NCBI GenBank assembly: GCA_964523565.1
Contig: CAZGAK010000002.1
Span: forward strand, 13,961 to 77,960
Reading direction: 5' to 3'
Length of the DNA: 64,000 bases
Origin: an uncultured Syntrophaceae bacterium
GTDB taxonomy: Bacteria; Desulfobacterota; Syntrophia; Syntrophales; UBA6807
This document shows, in pieces, positions 46,422 through 56,307 of this stretch. Made by a program: the position numbers and the translations under genes. The notes under the pieces are model-generated. The model saw only the letters and a list, made by a program, of their open reading frames with translations. It did not search any database and had not been told where the DNA came from. How positions within the stretch are numbered: the stretch's first letter is position 1; each line of letters begins with the position of its first letter.

Positions 46422-47648
46422 TTATACTTTACTTCTTGCAAATACAACCGATGTATTATTCCCTCCAAATGCAAACGAGTTGCTCATGGCAAAATTAATT
46501 TCCTTTTTTCTGGAATAATCAGGCACATAATCCAGATCACAATCCGGATCAGGAACTTCCAAATGTATCGTCGGTGGAACAACCTGCTCATGCAAAGCGA
46601 GGACTGTGGCTACTCCCTCGATTGCCCCTGCGGCACCGAGACAGTGTCCAACCATGGATTTTGTAGAACTAATTGTTAAATCTCCTGCACATTCACCGTT
46701 AAAAACTTTCTTTATAGCCCTGGTTTCCATCTGATCGTTTATCCTGGTAGCCGTTCCGTGGGCATTGATGTAGTCTACTTGATCTACATTGACATTGGCA
46801 TTCTTTAAGGCCTGTATCATCACTCTACTCATACCTTCAGCATCCGGAGAGGTAATGTGTACGGCATCTGAATTTGTTGCATAGCCAAGCACTTCTGCGT
46901 AAATGGTTGCGTTTCTATCTTCAGCACGTTCATAATCTTCCAGTATCAGGATTGCAGCCCCCTCCCCTAATGAAAGGCCGCGCCGGTGCCTGTCAAAGGG
47001 ACGGCAATACTCAGGATCCATTAGTCTTAAAGAATGGAAACCGGAAAAAGTTAATTCTGAAAGAGATTCACTTCCACCGGTGACAACAATATCCTGATCA
47101 CCTGAGCGAATCAAGTCGAAACCATAACCAATCGACGTGGCACTGGAAGAACAGGCGGTACAAATGGTAGCCCTTAATCCGGTTAGTTTATAGCGGCTTG
47201 CAACAAAATCGGTCAAGGTGCAGGGTGCAGTGGGAAGAAGAAGGGAAGGTCTTGGTCTGGTTTTTTTTAACCATAAGGCACGCCGATATTTCTCCCAGGA
47301 GAGCATACCGCCTGCACCACCTCCCAGAACAACACCGATTTTCTCTTTGGTGTATTTTGCAATATCCAGTCCGGAGTCTGACAGGGCCTCGTCGGCTGCT
47401 ATGAGCCCCAAAAGATCACACCGGGAATTCCGCTTTATCTCACGGGGGCTAAAAAAGCCTTCCGGATCTATGTTTTTTATCTGTCCGGCAGAATGGCATG
47501 AAAAGCCGGTGGTGTCAAAAAGCGATATCGGCTCAATTCCACATTTTCCGCTGAAGAGCCCTTCCCTGAACGCAGGCACGGAATCCCCGATGGACGTGAT
47601 TATACCAAGACCCGTTACGGCCACCCGCCTGGATGTATCTTTGTTCAT
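46422..47648 (-). CDS. fabF: Beta-ketoacyl-ACP synthase II-like ketosynthase (active)
   Basis: ICTACSSS, LGEGAA, YINAHGTAT, STKSMVGHCLGAAG, NSFAFGGNN. Confidence 0.93.
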   Translation of the reverse strand: MNKDTSRRVAVTGLGIITSIGDSVPAFREGLFSGKCGIEPISLFDTTGFSCHSAGQIKNIDPEGFFSPREIKRNSRCDLLGLIAADEALSDSGLDIAKYTKEKIGVVLGGGAGGMLSWEKYRRALWLKKTRPRPSLLLPTAPCTLTDFVASRYKLTGLRATICTACSSSATSIGYGFDLIRSGDQDIVVTGGSESLSELTFSGFHSLRLMDPEYCRPFDRHRRGLSLGEGAAILILEDYERAEDRNATIYAEVLGYATNSDAVHITSPDAEGMSRVMIQALKNANVNVDQVDYINAHGTATRINDQMETRAIKKVFNGECAGDLTISSTKSMVGHCLGAAGAIEGVATVLALHEQVVPPTIHLEVPDPDCDLDYVPDYSRKKEINFAMSNSFAFGGNNTSVVFARSKV

Positions 47649-47724
47649 CTATTTTTCCAGAATAAATTCTTGAGATATATAATGCTTATATGAGCGGACA
47701 GAAATCTATATTTAAGATACTTTA

Positions 47725-48147
47725 CTACTTTTGACAGTAATCTAACAGGTTGTTTATTCGCTTTTCAAGTTCACCGCTCAGTCGATAAATCATTTTATTA
47801 TCGGTTGTTAAGAGAACCTGCGTAGTCTCTCCCCGGGCCAGAAGGGTGCCCTGTTCTTGAAGCGATATCTCAAATTTAAATGTCAAGGCGGCAATTTCCG
47901 GTTTGACTGCCGTTGTCTTGATAATAATCAAGTCTCCGCATGCTGCCGGGTGTTTAAAATCACATTTTAGAGTGATTACAGGTGCAATATATCCTAACTC
48001 GACCATTTGCTTTGGCAAAAGATCGAATCGCCGCAGTAAAGACATTCTACCAACTTCAAACCATGCCATGTAATGGCCGTACCAGACCATGCCCCATTGG
48101 TCTACCTCGTTAAATCGAACTGTCTCCTCTGTCTCTACCCATTGCAT
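47725..48147 (-). CDS. Hot-dog fold acyl-CoA/ACP thioesterase
   Basis: VRFNEVDQWGMVWYGHYMAWFEVGR, CDFKHPA. Confidence 0.85.
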   Translation of the reverse strand: MQWVETEETVRFNEVDQWGMVWYGHYMAWFEVGRMSLLRRFDLLPKQMVELGYIAPVITLKCDFKHPAACGDLIIIKTTAVKPEIAALTFKFEISLQEQGTLLARGETTQVLLTTDNKMIYRLSGELEKRINNLLDYCQK

Positions 48148-48150
48148 AGG

Positions 48151-48429
48151 CTATTCTCCGTATTCTTCCTGTATAAACTGAGCAAGGGTGCTTATAGACT
48201 CGAAAGCTTTTTTGCCAACATTCTCATCTTCAATAATAACATTGAAATTTTTCTCTATGGCTACTACAAGTTCAAGGGCATCCAGGGAATCAAGACCCAG
48301 TCCTTCCCTGAAAAGAGGGGTATCATCCCCGATTTCTTCAACAGTGATATCTTCCAATTTAAGAGTATCAATGATCATTTTCTTGAGAAATTCGATCAAT
48401 GCCTCTGAATTGTTGACGATTTCTTTCAT
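48151..48429 (-). CDS. Acyl carrier protein
   Basis: PLFREGLGLDSLDALELVVAIEK-F; phosphopantetheine site DSL. Confidence 0.93.
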   Translation of the reverse strand: MKEIVNNSEALIEFLKKMIIDTLKLEDITVEEIGDDTPLFREGLGLDSLDALELVVAIEKNFNVIIEDENVGKKAFESISTLAQFIQEEYGE

Positions 48430-48453
48430 TCTCTACCTCTTGCGATTTTTATT

Positions 48454-49194
48454 TTAGCCCAAACCACCATCGACAACCAATACGTGGCCAGTAATATATT
48501 GTGACTTTTCTGAAGCCAGAAACAGGACAGCCCCGGTAATGTCTTCCGGGTCACCAAATCTACCCATTGGAATCATATTTAAAAATTCTTTCTTCGTTTT
48601 CTCATCCAGGTCTTCTGTCATAGGCGTGGAAATGATCCCCGGGCAAACAGCGTTTACCGTAATGCCGAACCGGGCCATCTCCCTGGAAAGGGATTTGGTA
48701 AAGGAGATAATTCCGCCTTTCGAAGCCGAATAATTTGTCTGGCAGGTTCTGCCTGTAAGTGCAGAAGGCGACGTGATATTTATAATCCGTCCGGACTTTC
48801 TGCCTATCATCGTTTTTATAATTGACTTTGAACAGAGATAAGTCCCTTTCAGGTTAACATCGATCACCCGATCCCAATCCTTCTCATTAAGGAACATAAG
48901 CAATTTGTCCCTGATAATTCCGGCGTTGTTGACCAGAATATCCACATATTCCCATTGCTCCAAGACACCGCTTATCATTTTCTCGACATCGGTTCTGGAC
49001 GAGACATCTGCCTTTAAAAGGAGGGATTCCGGTGCTATATTTTTTATTTCTGATTCTGTCTCCAGTGCGCTTTTATCATCAGACGAATAATTAATAGCAA
49101 CCCAGGCACCTTCTCGGGCAAAAGCGAGGGCCATCGCCTTCCCCAGGCCTTTGGTGGCGCCAGTAACAATTACCCTTTTATCCTTAAATTCCAT
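48454..49194 (-). CDS. fabG: 3-oxoacyl-ACP reductase
   Basis: VTGATKGLG, LVNNAGI, NYSASKGG, VNAVCPG, ITGHVLVVDGG. Confidence 0.93.
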   Translation of the reverse strand: MEFKDKRVIVTGATKGLGKAMALAFAREGAWVAINYSSDDKSALETESEIKNIAPESLLLKADVSSRTDVEKMISGVLEQWEYVDILVNNAGIIRDKLLMFLNEKDWDRVIDVNLKGTYLCSKSIIKTMIGRKSGRIINITSPSALTGRTCQTNYSASKGGIISFTKSLSREMARFGITVNAVCPGIISTPMTEDLDEKTKKEFLNMIPMGRFGDPEDITGAVLFLASEKSQYITGHVLVVDGGLG

Positions 49195-49493
49195 AAAATC
49201 ATCTCATTTCAATAAAGGGAAGTACGCAAAAGTAACCCGATTTTATAGCAAAGGAACTTTTTTTGTGCAAGATTAAAGTTGGGACCTTAAATAAGGACAG
49301 CGACCATTTTCTACGAAAAAAGTCGCAGTCCCAATTTATCGCGGCATTATACGGCCCGTTTGGGAAACGAACCCTGCGATGATAATATTCATCGTATTGT
49401 ATATAGGGGCCGATGCCCTCATCGGCCCGTATGTCTCATTAATCCTGCAAAAAATCTATTGAACGCTCTTCAAAAATATGAAAAGAGAGTATT

Positions 49494-50672
49494 ATGAATT
49501 CTGAAGTATTTGTTACGGATGGACATTGGAGAAAGTCACTGGCAGCGGTAAGAGCCCTTGGCAGGAAGGGTATAGAAGTTACGGTGGGAGAAAGCACACG
49601 TCTGGCGACTGCCGCTTTCTCCAGATACTGCCATCATGCCGTTGTCTACCCCTCACCTCTTCTCAGACCGGCGGAGTTTGTGGACTTTCTTTACAATAAA
49701 TTGTCACGCCGGTCATACCAAATGCTCCTGCCCATGGAAGATGAAACCCTGGATCTCATATCCCAACATCATTCCGAATTCTCCCGGTGGACATATCTTC
49801 CCATCGTATCCTTCGAGAAACTCAATTTTGCCCGGCGTAAGGACAAGGTTCTACAACTGGCCAAAAGGAATGGAATTCCCATACCAAAAACCTGGTTTAT
49901 CAAGGATATCACTCAACTCAACGAACTGAAGGATGCGCTTCCCTATCCGCTTGTGATAAAACCCAGAATGAGTTCCGGTGCAATAGGGATAGCTTATCCC
50001 AAAAACTCGGGAGAATTGATGAGTCAATACATGTCAGTTCACAGGCGTTTTCCCTACCCCATGATTCAAGAACTTATTCCTCATGAAGGGCCCGGTTATG
50101 GTGCCTCCTTTCTTTTTGACGAGAGGGGAAATGTAAAGGCGTCATTTGTGCATAAACGTCTGAGGGAATACCCGGTAACGGGGGGAGCAAGTACTCTGCG
50201 GGAAAGCGCCCGGTACGATGATATTCGAGATATGGCACTGACCTTATTGAAAAAGCTTGACTGGTTCGGCGTTGCCATGGTTGAATTCAAACTGGATCCT
50301 CGCGATGGTGTGCCAAAACTGATGGAGATCAACCCGAGATTCTGGGGCTCATTACACCTGTCTGTAGAAGCGGGTGTTAATTTTCCTTATCTTCTGTATC
50401 GCATGTCCCGTGGCGAAGGGTTTAAATCAGTGGAAAAATACAAGATAGGGAAACAGTGCCGGTGGATGTTACCTGGAGATATACTCCATTTTATTTATAA
50501 CCCGAGACGGGCAAGTTTAGTCCCGGAATATTTCCACTTCTGGAATAAGAATACAGCCTACGATATTTTGTCTCTCAAAGATCCTATGCCTGTTCTGGGA
50601 AGAGTGTTGACGCTGGCAACACTCCTATATGACCGTGACATGAAACAACGACTGAAAAAGAGGAAATTATGA
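49494..50672 (+). CDS. ATP-grasp carboxylate-amine ligase family protein
   Basis: GIPIPKT, YPLVIKP, MIQELIP, HKRLREYP-TGGAS, AMVEFK-DPRDG-PKLMEINPRFWGS. Confidence 0.88.
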   Translation: MNSEVFVTDGHWRKSLAAVRALGRKGIEVTVGESTRLATAAFSRYCHHAVVYPSPLLRPAEFVDFLYNKLSRRSYQMLLPMEDETLDLISQHHSEFSRWTYLPIVSFEKLNFARRKDKVLQLAKRNGIPIPKTWFIKDITQLNELKDALPYPLVIKPRMSSGAIGIAYPKNSGELMSQYMSVHRRFPYPMIQELIPHEGPGYGASFLFDERGNVKASFVHKRLREYPVTGGASTLRESARYDDIRDMALTLLKKLDWFGVAMVEFKLDPRDGVPKLMEINPRFWGSLHLSVEAGVNFPYLLYRMSRGEGFKSVEKYKIGKQCRWMLPGDILHFIYNPRRASLVPEYFHFWNKNTAYDILSLKDPMPVLGRVLTLATLLYDRDMKQRLKKRKL

Positions 50673-51544
50673 CCGTTGAAAATATCCTGACCATAGACCT
50701 GGAAGACTGGTTTCACATCTGCGGGGTAGATGATCTGATACCTGAGACCGGTTGGCCCCAACTGGAAAGCCGGGTAACGGCAAACACATTTAAGATACTG
50801 GACACTCTGTCTCAAAAAAAAGTTCAGGCAACTTTTTTTGTCCTCGGATTTGTTGCTGAAAGATATCCGGATCTGATTAGCGAAATTGAAAAAGCCGGTC
50901 ATGAAATCGCCACACACGGATACTCCCACAAGCAGGTCTATACAATGACGCCGGACATGTTCCGGCAGGATCTCATAAAAGCCGTGAGCATAATTACACA
51001 GATAACCGGCCGTCCTGTTAAGGGGTATAGAGCGCCTGAGTGGTCAATCCGCGATGATTCGCTATGGGCCCTTGATATCTTACAGAAGGAGGGTTTTGAA
51101 TATGATTCGAGCATGACGCCTCTACCCATTATCGGCAACCAGGATTATTCCAGAATGCCTTACAGGTTGACACTTGATGAAGGTCAATTATGGGAATTTC
51201 CACCCATGGTTGGCAGCACTCCGCTCGTCAATCTCCCCCTGGGCGGTGGATGGGGATTGCGGGTTTTTCCTTATAATCTTATCCGTTCCACCATCCGAGA
51301 GCTGAACAGACAGGGTCAACCTGCGGTTATCTTCCTTCACCCCCGGGAATTTGACAGGAATAATCCCCGCATCAGGCTTCCTCTGGCTAAAAAGTTTGTG
51401 TTGAATGCACGGGTTGAAAGGACTGAAAAAAGGCTTGAGCGCCTGCTCAATGATTTTAACTTTACATCTGTTTCAAACGTCTTAATAAAGAAAAAAATTG
51501 CATTAAATAAATTTCAAAGTTATACAGACAAGGTTAGCTCATGA
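50669..51544 (+). CDS. Polysaccharide deacetylase (DUF3473-type)
   Basis: TIDLEDWF, ATFFVLG, HEIATHGYSH, GYRAPEWS, YDSS, FLHPREFD. Confidence 0.9.
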   Translation: MTVENILTIDLEDWFHICGVDDLIPETGWPQLESRVTANTFKILDTLSQKKVQATFFVLGFVAERYPDLISEIEKAGHEIATHGYSHKQVYTMTPDMFRQDLIKAVSIITQITGRPVKGYRAPEWSIRDDSLWALDILQKEGFEYDSSMTPLPIIGNQDYSRMPYRLTLDEGQLWEFPPMVGSTPLVNLPLGGGWGLRVFPYNLIRSTIRELNRQGQPAVIFLHPREFDRNNPRIRLPLAKKFVLNARVERTEKRLERLLNDFNFTSVSNVLIKKKIALNKFQSYTDKVSS

Positions 51545-52044
51545 TGGACCTTGTTATATTCCTGAAAAACAATCTTGCAGAACATTTTGTGATATATTTT
51601 ATCCCGCTCTATATAGTGGGAGGCAGGCCTGTTGCAATCCTGAGCGCTCAATTTCTGGGATATAAGGCTTCTTTTCTGTTGCCCGTAGTGGTTATGCTGG
51701 ATACGCTTCAGATCCCTTTGTTCTATCATCTGTACGGCACAATATCTGACAGCTTATTGGCACGAAAGTTTTCTGAAAGAACTATAAAAAAGGGAAAGCG
51801 GCTCAGCGAATCAAAACCCTTTCGCTGGATGCAGGTCATGGGGGCACCCGGAGTTGTAACTATTACCATGCTGCCGATTAAAGGTTGCGGCATGTGGAGT
51901 GGGGTGCTTTTGTCGAGACTCTTGAAATTTTCCAAGCCCACCGGTTATTCACTTCTGATTGTGGGCAGCATACTGGGATGTGCTTTTCTTTTAGGGCTGG
52001 GAGAAGGGATTCTAAAATTATGGACGCTGTTTATGAACAGCTAA
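51541..52044 (+). CDS. Small multidrug-export-like membrane protein
   Basis: Hydrophobic; MLPIKGCGMWSG resembles the family PxPGTGAW motif. Confidence 0.6.
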   Translation: MMDLVIFLKNNLAEHFVIYFIPLYIVGGRPVAILSAQFLGYKASFLLPVVVMLDTLQIPLFYHLYGTISDSLLARKFSERTIKKGKRLSESKPFRWMQVMGAPGVVTITMLPIKGCGMWSGVLLSRLLKFSKPTGYSLLIVGSILGCAFLLGLGEGILKLWTLFMNS

Positions 52045-52075
52045 AAATAAAAAACAGACCAAGGGGTTATTCCCA

Positions 52076-54598
52076 TTGCATCACATCATATATCGTTTCC
52101 ACAAACATATCTTAATCCTTACTGCCTTCCTGACCTTCATCGCTATTATTCTTGCTGCCCAACTAAAGCTCGATCTTAATTTTTTTTCTCTCCTCCCTTC
52201 AAATAATACAGAAGTCCATAATTTTTTCGAGATAACCGAAGAAATCGGGATCCACTCGCTCTTAATCGCTCTGGTTGAGATCCCTCCGGATTATGACCGG
52301 ACTAAATCTGAATCTTTCGTTGATATCCTGGCAAAGAATTTTGCCCGAAGTCAATTGATCCATGATGTGGAATATAAAAGCGAAGACAAACAAATGTCCT
52401 CTTTATTTCAGACATTCATGGAACATTTTCCTCTTTTTTTGAAAGCAGAAGACCTTGAGAAATTGACCCGTATATTATCCGATGACGAAATTCACAGACA
52501 GGTCATCAAAAATAAGGCCCTCTTGATGACACCGTTTGGCATTGCGGCGAAAGAACTTGTTTATATCGACCCCCTGGGGCTCAGGAAACTATTGAAGGAA
52601 AACATAACAGTTCCCACGGGAAAACAGCCGCTCAGGCCACATAAAGGGTATTATCGAACCGGCGAAGGGAAAACCTATCTCCTCTTTATTAGGCCCGAAA
52701 AGCCACCCCAGGATATCACATTCAGTAAAAATTTGATGATGGAAGTTCATCATCTTAAAAATACTTCTTTATCTGAGTTCTCCGATCAATTTGACGATAT
52801 GCCGGGGAACATCAAGATATCCTACACCGGCGGATATCCGATTGCTGTCAATGACGAAGCCACAACCAAAAGAGATATCAAGGTTACCCTGCTGACTTCC
52901 TTTTTGAGTATAATGTTTCTCTTCGGCCTGTCGTTCAGGACATGGAGAGTACTTTTTTATGTCGGTCTATCTCTGGTCATAAGCCTTTTGTGGACACTCG
53001 GTTTCGCCAGCATTGCCTTTCATCGCCTCAATATCCTTACATGCGTTTTCTCTTGTGTTCTGATTGGTCTGGGAATAGACTTTGCCATCCACATCGTCAA
53101 CCGTTATTTTAGTGAAGACAAAGCAGGTCTTGATATACCACACCGACTGCAACAAACTTTCCAGGAAGCCGGTATGGGAATCATCATGGGTGGAATTACC
53201 ACGGCAGCTGCTTTTTATTCTATCGCTATTTCAGACTTCAGGGGATTTAAAGAACTTGGCATCGTGACCGGCACAGGGATTTTGTTTTGCCTTGTGGTCA
53301 TGTTTCTTGTCCTTCCATGTCTTCTTGTTTTTTTCTCAGATGAACAAAATTCGAAAAGAAAATTTACAATCAGCGGATTTGGGCTAATGTCCCTCATGAA
53401 ATACCTCCGGAAATATCCCGGGGTTATTATCATGACATCACTTATAATTGTCTTTTTTCTGGCCTTTCTTGGAACTAAAATCAATTTTGATGATAATCTC
53501 AGGAATTTTCGTCCCGCCGATAACGAAACCTTCCGTCTGCAGGACAAGGTAACTCGCTGGCTTGGAGGTTCCATGGCCAATACCTTTCTTGTAGTACAGG
53601 GCAAATCAGAGGCAGAGGTCATGGAAATCAATACCTCAATATATGAAACCCTGAAGGAAGTGAAGGACTCGGGTATGATCGCCGGGGTTAAATCGATGAG
53701 CCAATACCTGCTTCCACCCAGTCAGCAGAGGAAAAATATAAAATTCATCCGACAGCATACCGATATTTTTGATATTAAACGTATTAAAAAAACATTTAAC
53801 ACGGCGCTGGAAGAAAACGGATTTGAGAAACTGGATCTGTACGACGGATACTTTGAAAGCCTCTCCCGGGCCTTCTCGGCAGAAAAACTCTTTTCCCTAT
53901 CATCTCTCCAGGGAAAAGAGATCGAGAAGATTTTGAATTTGTTTGTCTTTCGAAAGGGTAATAATTTTAAAACGATTACCTATATCGCCCCCTCTAATGA
54001 TCTCTGGTCGCGTGCCGATACAACACGATTTAAAGAGATGATCATCCGGAAATTAGACGAAAAAGGAATTAACAGGGATAGCTATACCCTGACTGGTCCG
54101 AATCTGCTCACAGGAGATCTAAAGAAACTTATTATTAACAATCTTAAATCCGCCCTGTGGTTGGCATGTTTGTGTATTATCACAGTACTTTTGATTTATT
54201 ACCGAAGCCTGAAATTACTCTTGCTCTCCATATGTCCCCTTATGATCAGTCTGGCCACATTAACAGGCATTATGGTCATTTTTCGTTTAGATTTTAATTT
54301 TTTCAACATAATAGTTCTGCCCATGATCATCGGAATTGGCATCGATGACGGGATTCATCTGACCAACACGTTCCGTCAATCCGGTCGTTTAGAGATTACG
54401 GAAGAGATGAGTCGAACAGGTCGAGCTGTCGTTTTGACCTCTCTGACTACTATGGCGGGTTTTGGATCTATTGCCCTGGCTCATTACCCGGGATTGCAAA
54501 GCATGGGATACGTGGCTATCATCGGCATTAGTTCCTGTATGGTCGCTTCGATTGTCGTTCTGCCTGCAATTTTTACTATGATAAAATCGAAAACATAA
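52076..54598 (+). CDS. MMPL/RND-family lipid transporter
   Basis: Two TM repeats with IGLGIDFAIH and IGIGIDDGIH; TTAAAF / TTMAGFGS. Confidence 0.92.
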   Translation: MHHIIYRFHKHILILTAFLTFIAIILAAQLKLDLNFFSLLPSNNTEVHNFFEITEEIGIHSLLIALVEIPPDYDRTKSESFVDILAKNFARSQLIHDVEYKSEDKQMSSLFQTFMEHFPLFLKAEDLEKLTRILSDDEIHRQVIKNKALLMTPFGIAAKELVYIDPLGLRKLLKENITVPTGKQPLRPHKGYYRTGEGKTYLLFIRPEKPPQDITFSKNLMMEVHHLKNTSLSEFSDQFDDMPGNIKISYTGGYPIAVNDEATTKRDIKVTLLTSFLSIMFLFGLSFRTWRVLFYVGLSLVISLLWTLGFASIAFHRLNILTCVFSCVLIGLGIDFAIHIVNRYFSEDKAGLDIPHRLQQTFQEAGMGIIMGGITTAAAFYSIAISDFRGFKELGIVTGTGILFCLVVMFLVLPCLLVFFSDEQNSKRKFTISGFGLMSLMKYLRKYPGVIIMTSLIIVFFLAFLGTKINFDDNLRNFRPADNETFRLQDKVTRWLGGSMANTFLVVQGKSEAEVMEINTSIYETLKEVKDSGMIAGVKSMSQYLLPPSQQRKNIKFIRQHTDIFDIKRIKKTFNTALEENGFEKLDLYDGYFESLSRAFSAEKLFSLSSLQGKEIEKILNLFVFRKGNNFKTITYIAPSNDLWSRADTTRFKEMIIRKLDEKGINRDSYTLTGPNLLTGDLKKLIINNLKSALWLACLCIITVLLIYYRSLKLLLLSICPLMISLATLTGIMVIFRLDFNFFNIIVLPMIIGIGIDDGIHLTNTFRQSGRLEITEEMSRTGRAVVLTSLTTMAGFGSIALAHYPGLQSMGYVAIIGISSCMVASIVVLPAIFTMIKSKT

Positions 54599-54668
54599 TA
54601 CCGGATTTAGAGTTGCTATCTGCTTTAATATTGTTTAGAAATAAGTACAGATTTATGGAGGGCTTTTC

Positions 54669-54908
54669 ATGAAAAAGATATTGATTATATTTATTATCGC
54701 AGGTGCTTTAGTCTTCGGAGCACTGAATTATCACTTTATTTTAATGGACAGCAGCATAAAAATTTTGAAAAAAGCCGATTTGGCCTTCGAAAACACTTTC
54801 GTTGATGCCAGAGGTGCGAAAAAGGTCAAGCTTTTCCTTGATCCTGCGCTTGTAAAGTCTGGCATAAAAAATCTACTTGACGACGAGAGCATTAATATCG
54901 GCAAGTAA
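54669..54908 (+). CDS. Small membrane-anchored hypothetical protein
   Basis: SD GGAGG; MKK + TM; NYHFI...LKK...FENTFVDAR. Confidence 0.7.
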   Translation: MKKILIIFIIAGALVFGALNYHFILMDSSIKILKKADLAFENTFVDARGAKKVKLFLDPALVKSGIKNLLDDESINIGK

Positions 54909-54913
54909 TAGAA

Positions 54914-55055
54914 GAGACCTTTGCATAACGTCCCCTTTTGCCCAATTTCTGCGTCAGGCTCAAATTTTAATCCTCGAAATATCTAATATATTCCTGTGGT
55001 TAAAATTTTCGCCTTCCTTGAACTTGAACAAAATTGAACATTCTGCAAAGGTCTC
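54914..55055. mobile_element. 142-bp MITE with IS5-like ends
   Basis: Perfect 12-bp IR GAGACCTTTGCA / TGCAAAGGTCTC flanked by an AGAA direct repeat (54910-54913, 55056-55059). Confidence 0.75.
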
Positions 55056-55074
55056 AGAAATATGGTAAAACAGC

Positions 55075-55425
55075 CTAAAGTTTATTTTGACTGGAAACTG
55101 TTTTGCCGGTTCCATTTGGGGATTTTCTGTTAAACCCGTGGAATTCCAGGAGGTCACTTACAATATCCTTGTTCTCCCAAACCCATTCAGCGCCATTTTC
55201 CTGTATTAAATATTCTGTACACTCTCTCATCCGGTCTATATCCGATTGATCCACTCCAAAATCGTTCAGTATATTAGTCAGCATTAAAGGATCGGCCCAA
55301 TATGTGGGAAAATTATCGACAAGTTTTATGTCGGCCTTTGCTATGCCCCCGTTTACCGGTGGTTTTGAGATCTCCACGTTTTTTTCTGTAATGAGTTCGT
55401 CATATGCCTGATTAAGGTAACCCAT
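55075..55425 (-). CDS. Hypothetical protein
   Basis: 116 aa ORF, SD-like AAGG upstream, no recognised motif. Confidence 0.5.
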   Translation of the reverse strand: MGYLNQAYDELITEKNVEISKPPVNGGIAKADIKLVDNFPTYWADPLMLTNILNDFGVDQSDIDRMRECTEYLIQENGAEWVWENKDIVSDLLEFHGFNRKSPNGTGKTVSSQNKL

Positions 55426-55537
55426 ATTTCACCTTGCCTTTCAGAAAATTCCATAGATCAAATAAAAGCAATACAAAGTTGAAATGTATTGGTAAATCTC
55501 AATCATCAAACCTTGATAAGGATTCCCTGACAAACAA

Positions 55538-55584
55538 CCACAATATATTGTGTTATGATATAATATAACTACAACATATAGTCA
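55538..55584. promoter_or_regulatory. Tandem NrdR-like boxes around an extended -10 promoter
   Basis: CCACAATATATTGTGT (55538) and CTACAACATATAGTCA (55569), 31 bp apart; TGATATAAT at 55556-55564. Confidence 0.65.
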
Positions 55585-55680
55585 AGAATAAAATGTTGCT
55601 ATCTTTAATGAAATTGTTTAAGCAGCCTTGCAGGTTGATAGCGGGATTTTGGGGATTTATTTTATTCAGGAGAGGCAGCT

Positions 55681-55896
55681 ATGTTTTACTTTTTTAAATC
55701 AAAAACCGGTACATTTTCAATCGAGCCTGATGAAACCTGTGATGGCATGTTCAAGTTATGTATCGGGGGTTTCTGGTTAGGTTCACACAAAACGGCGGAG
55801 AGTGCCGCTCGTGACGTTTATCTGCGTGCAACCGGTTGGTACGAATGGGACCGACTTGAGGACTCAACGCCGCCGATGGATCACTCGCTTTATTGA
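55681..55896 (+). CDS. Small hypothetical protein; C-terminus runs into the cimA remnant
   Basis: SD AGGAG; MFYFFKSKTGTFSI...AARDVYLRATGWYEWD. Confidence 0.6.
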   Translation: MFYFFKSKTGTFSIEPDETCDGMFKLCIGGFWLGSHKTAESAARDVYLRATGWYEWDRLEDSTPPMDHSLY

Positions 55897-56244
55897 TAAA
55901 GAAAGCAACGGGCGAGTTTACGGAACCATTCATTCTGGAGTCCTTCCGCGTCATCGACGAAAAGACAGAAAACGAACCGTCCAAATCTCAAGCCATGATC
56001 AAGATATCGGTTGGAGATGAAGAGGAAATAACCGCTGCAGAGGGGAACGGCCCCGTCAACGCCCTTGACAATGCCCAATGCCCTGAAAAAGGCGTTAAGA
56101 AAGTTCTACCCCCAGATCGACGAGATGCATCTGGCGGATTTTAAAGTGAGGATACTGGAGGGAAGCGAGGGAACAGCGGAAAAGGTAAGAGCCCTAGTGG
56201 ACAGCGTACAATACAAGCTGAGTAAAAAAACAGTAAAAAAATAA
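55869..56244 (+). pseudogene. cimA: 3' remnant of citramalate synthase (regulatory domain)
   Basis: AADGSLALLIKK..ESFRV..TAAEGNGPVNALDNA, then a frameshift at the duplicated CAATGCC, then LKKALRKFYP..DFKVRIL..GT..KVR, then an internal deletion to ALVDSVQYKL. Confidence 0.75.
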
Positions 56245-56245
56245 T

Positions 56246-56274
56246 TTGACATTTACATGGTTCTGCATTAGACT
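56246..56274 (+). promoter_or_regulatory. Sigma70 promoter of the leu operon
   Basis: TTGACA-17 nt-TAGACT. Confidence 0.7.
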
Positions 56275-56307
56275 TTTTTCAACTTATATTTTGGAGGATT
56301 TTAGAGA

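Noticed and set aside
49278-49430. Several short palindromes between fabG and the ATP-grasp gene as regulator operators
   Set aside because: They resemble degenerate REP halves (GCAG/ATAG variants) rather than a recognisable operator.
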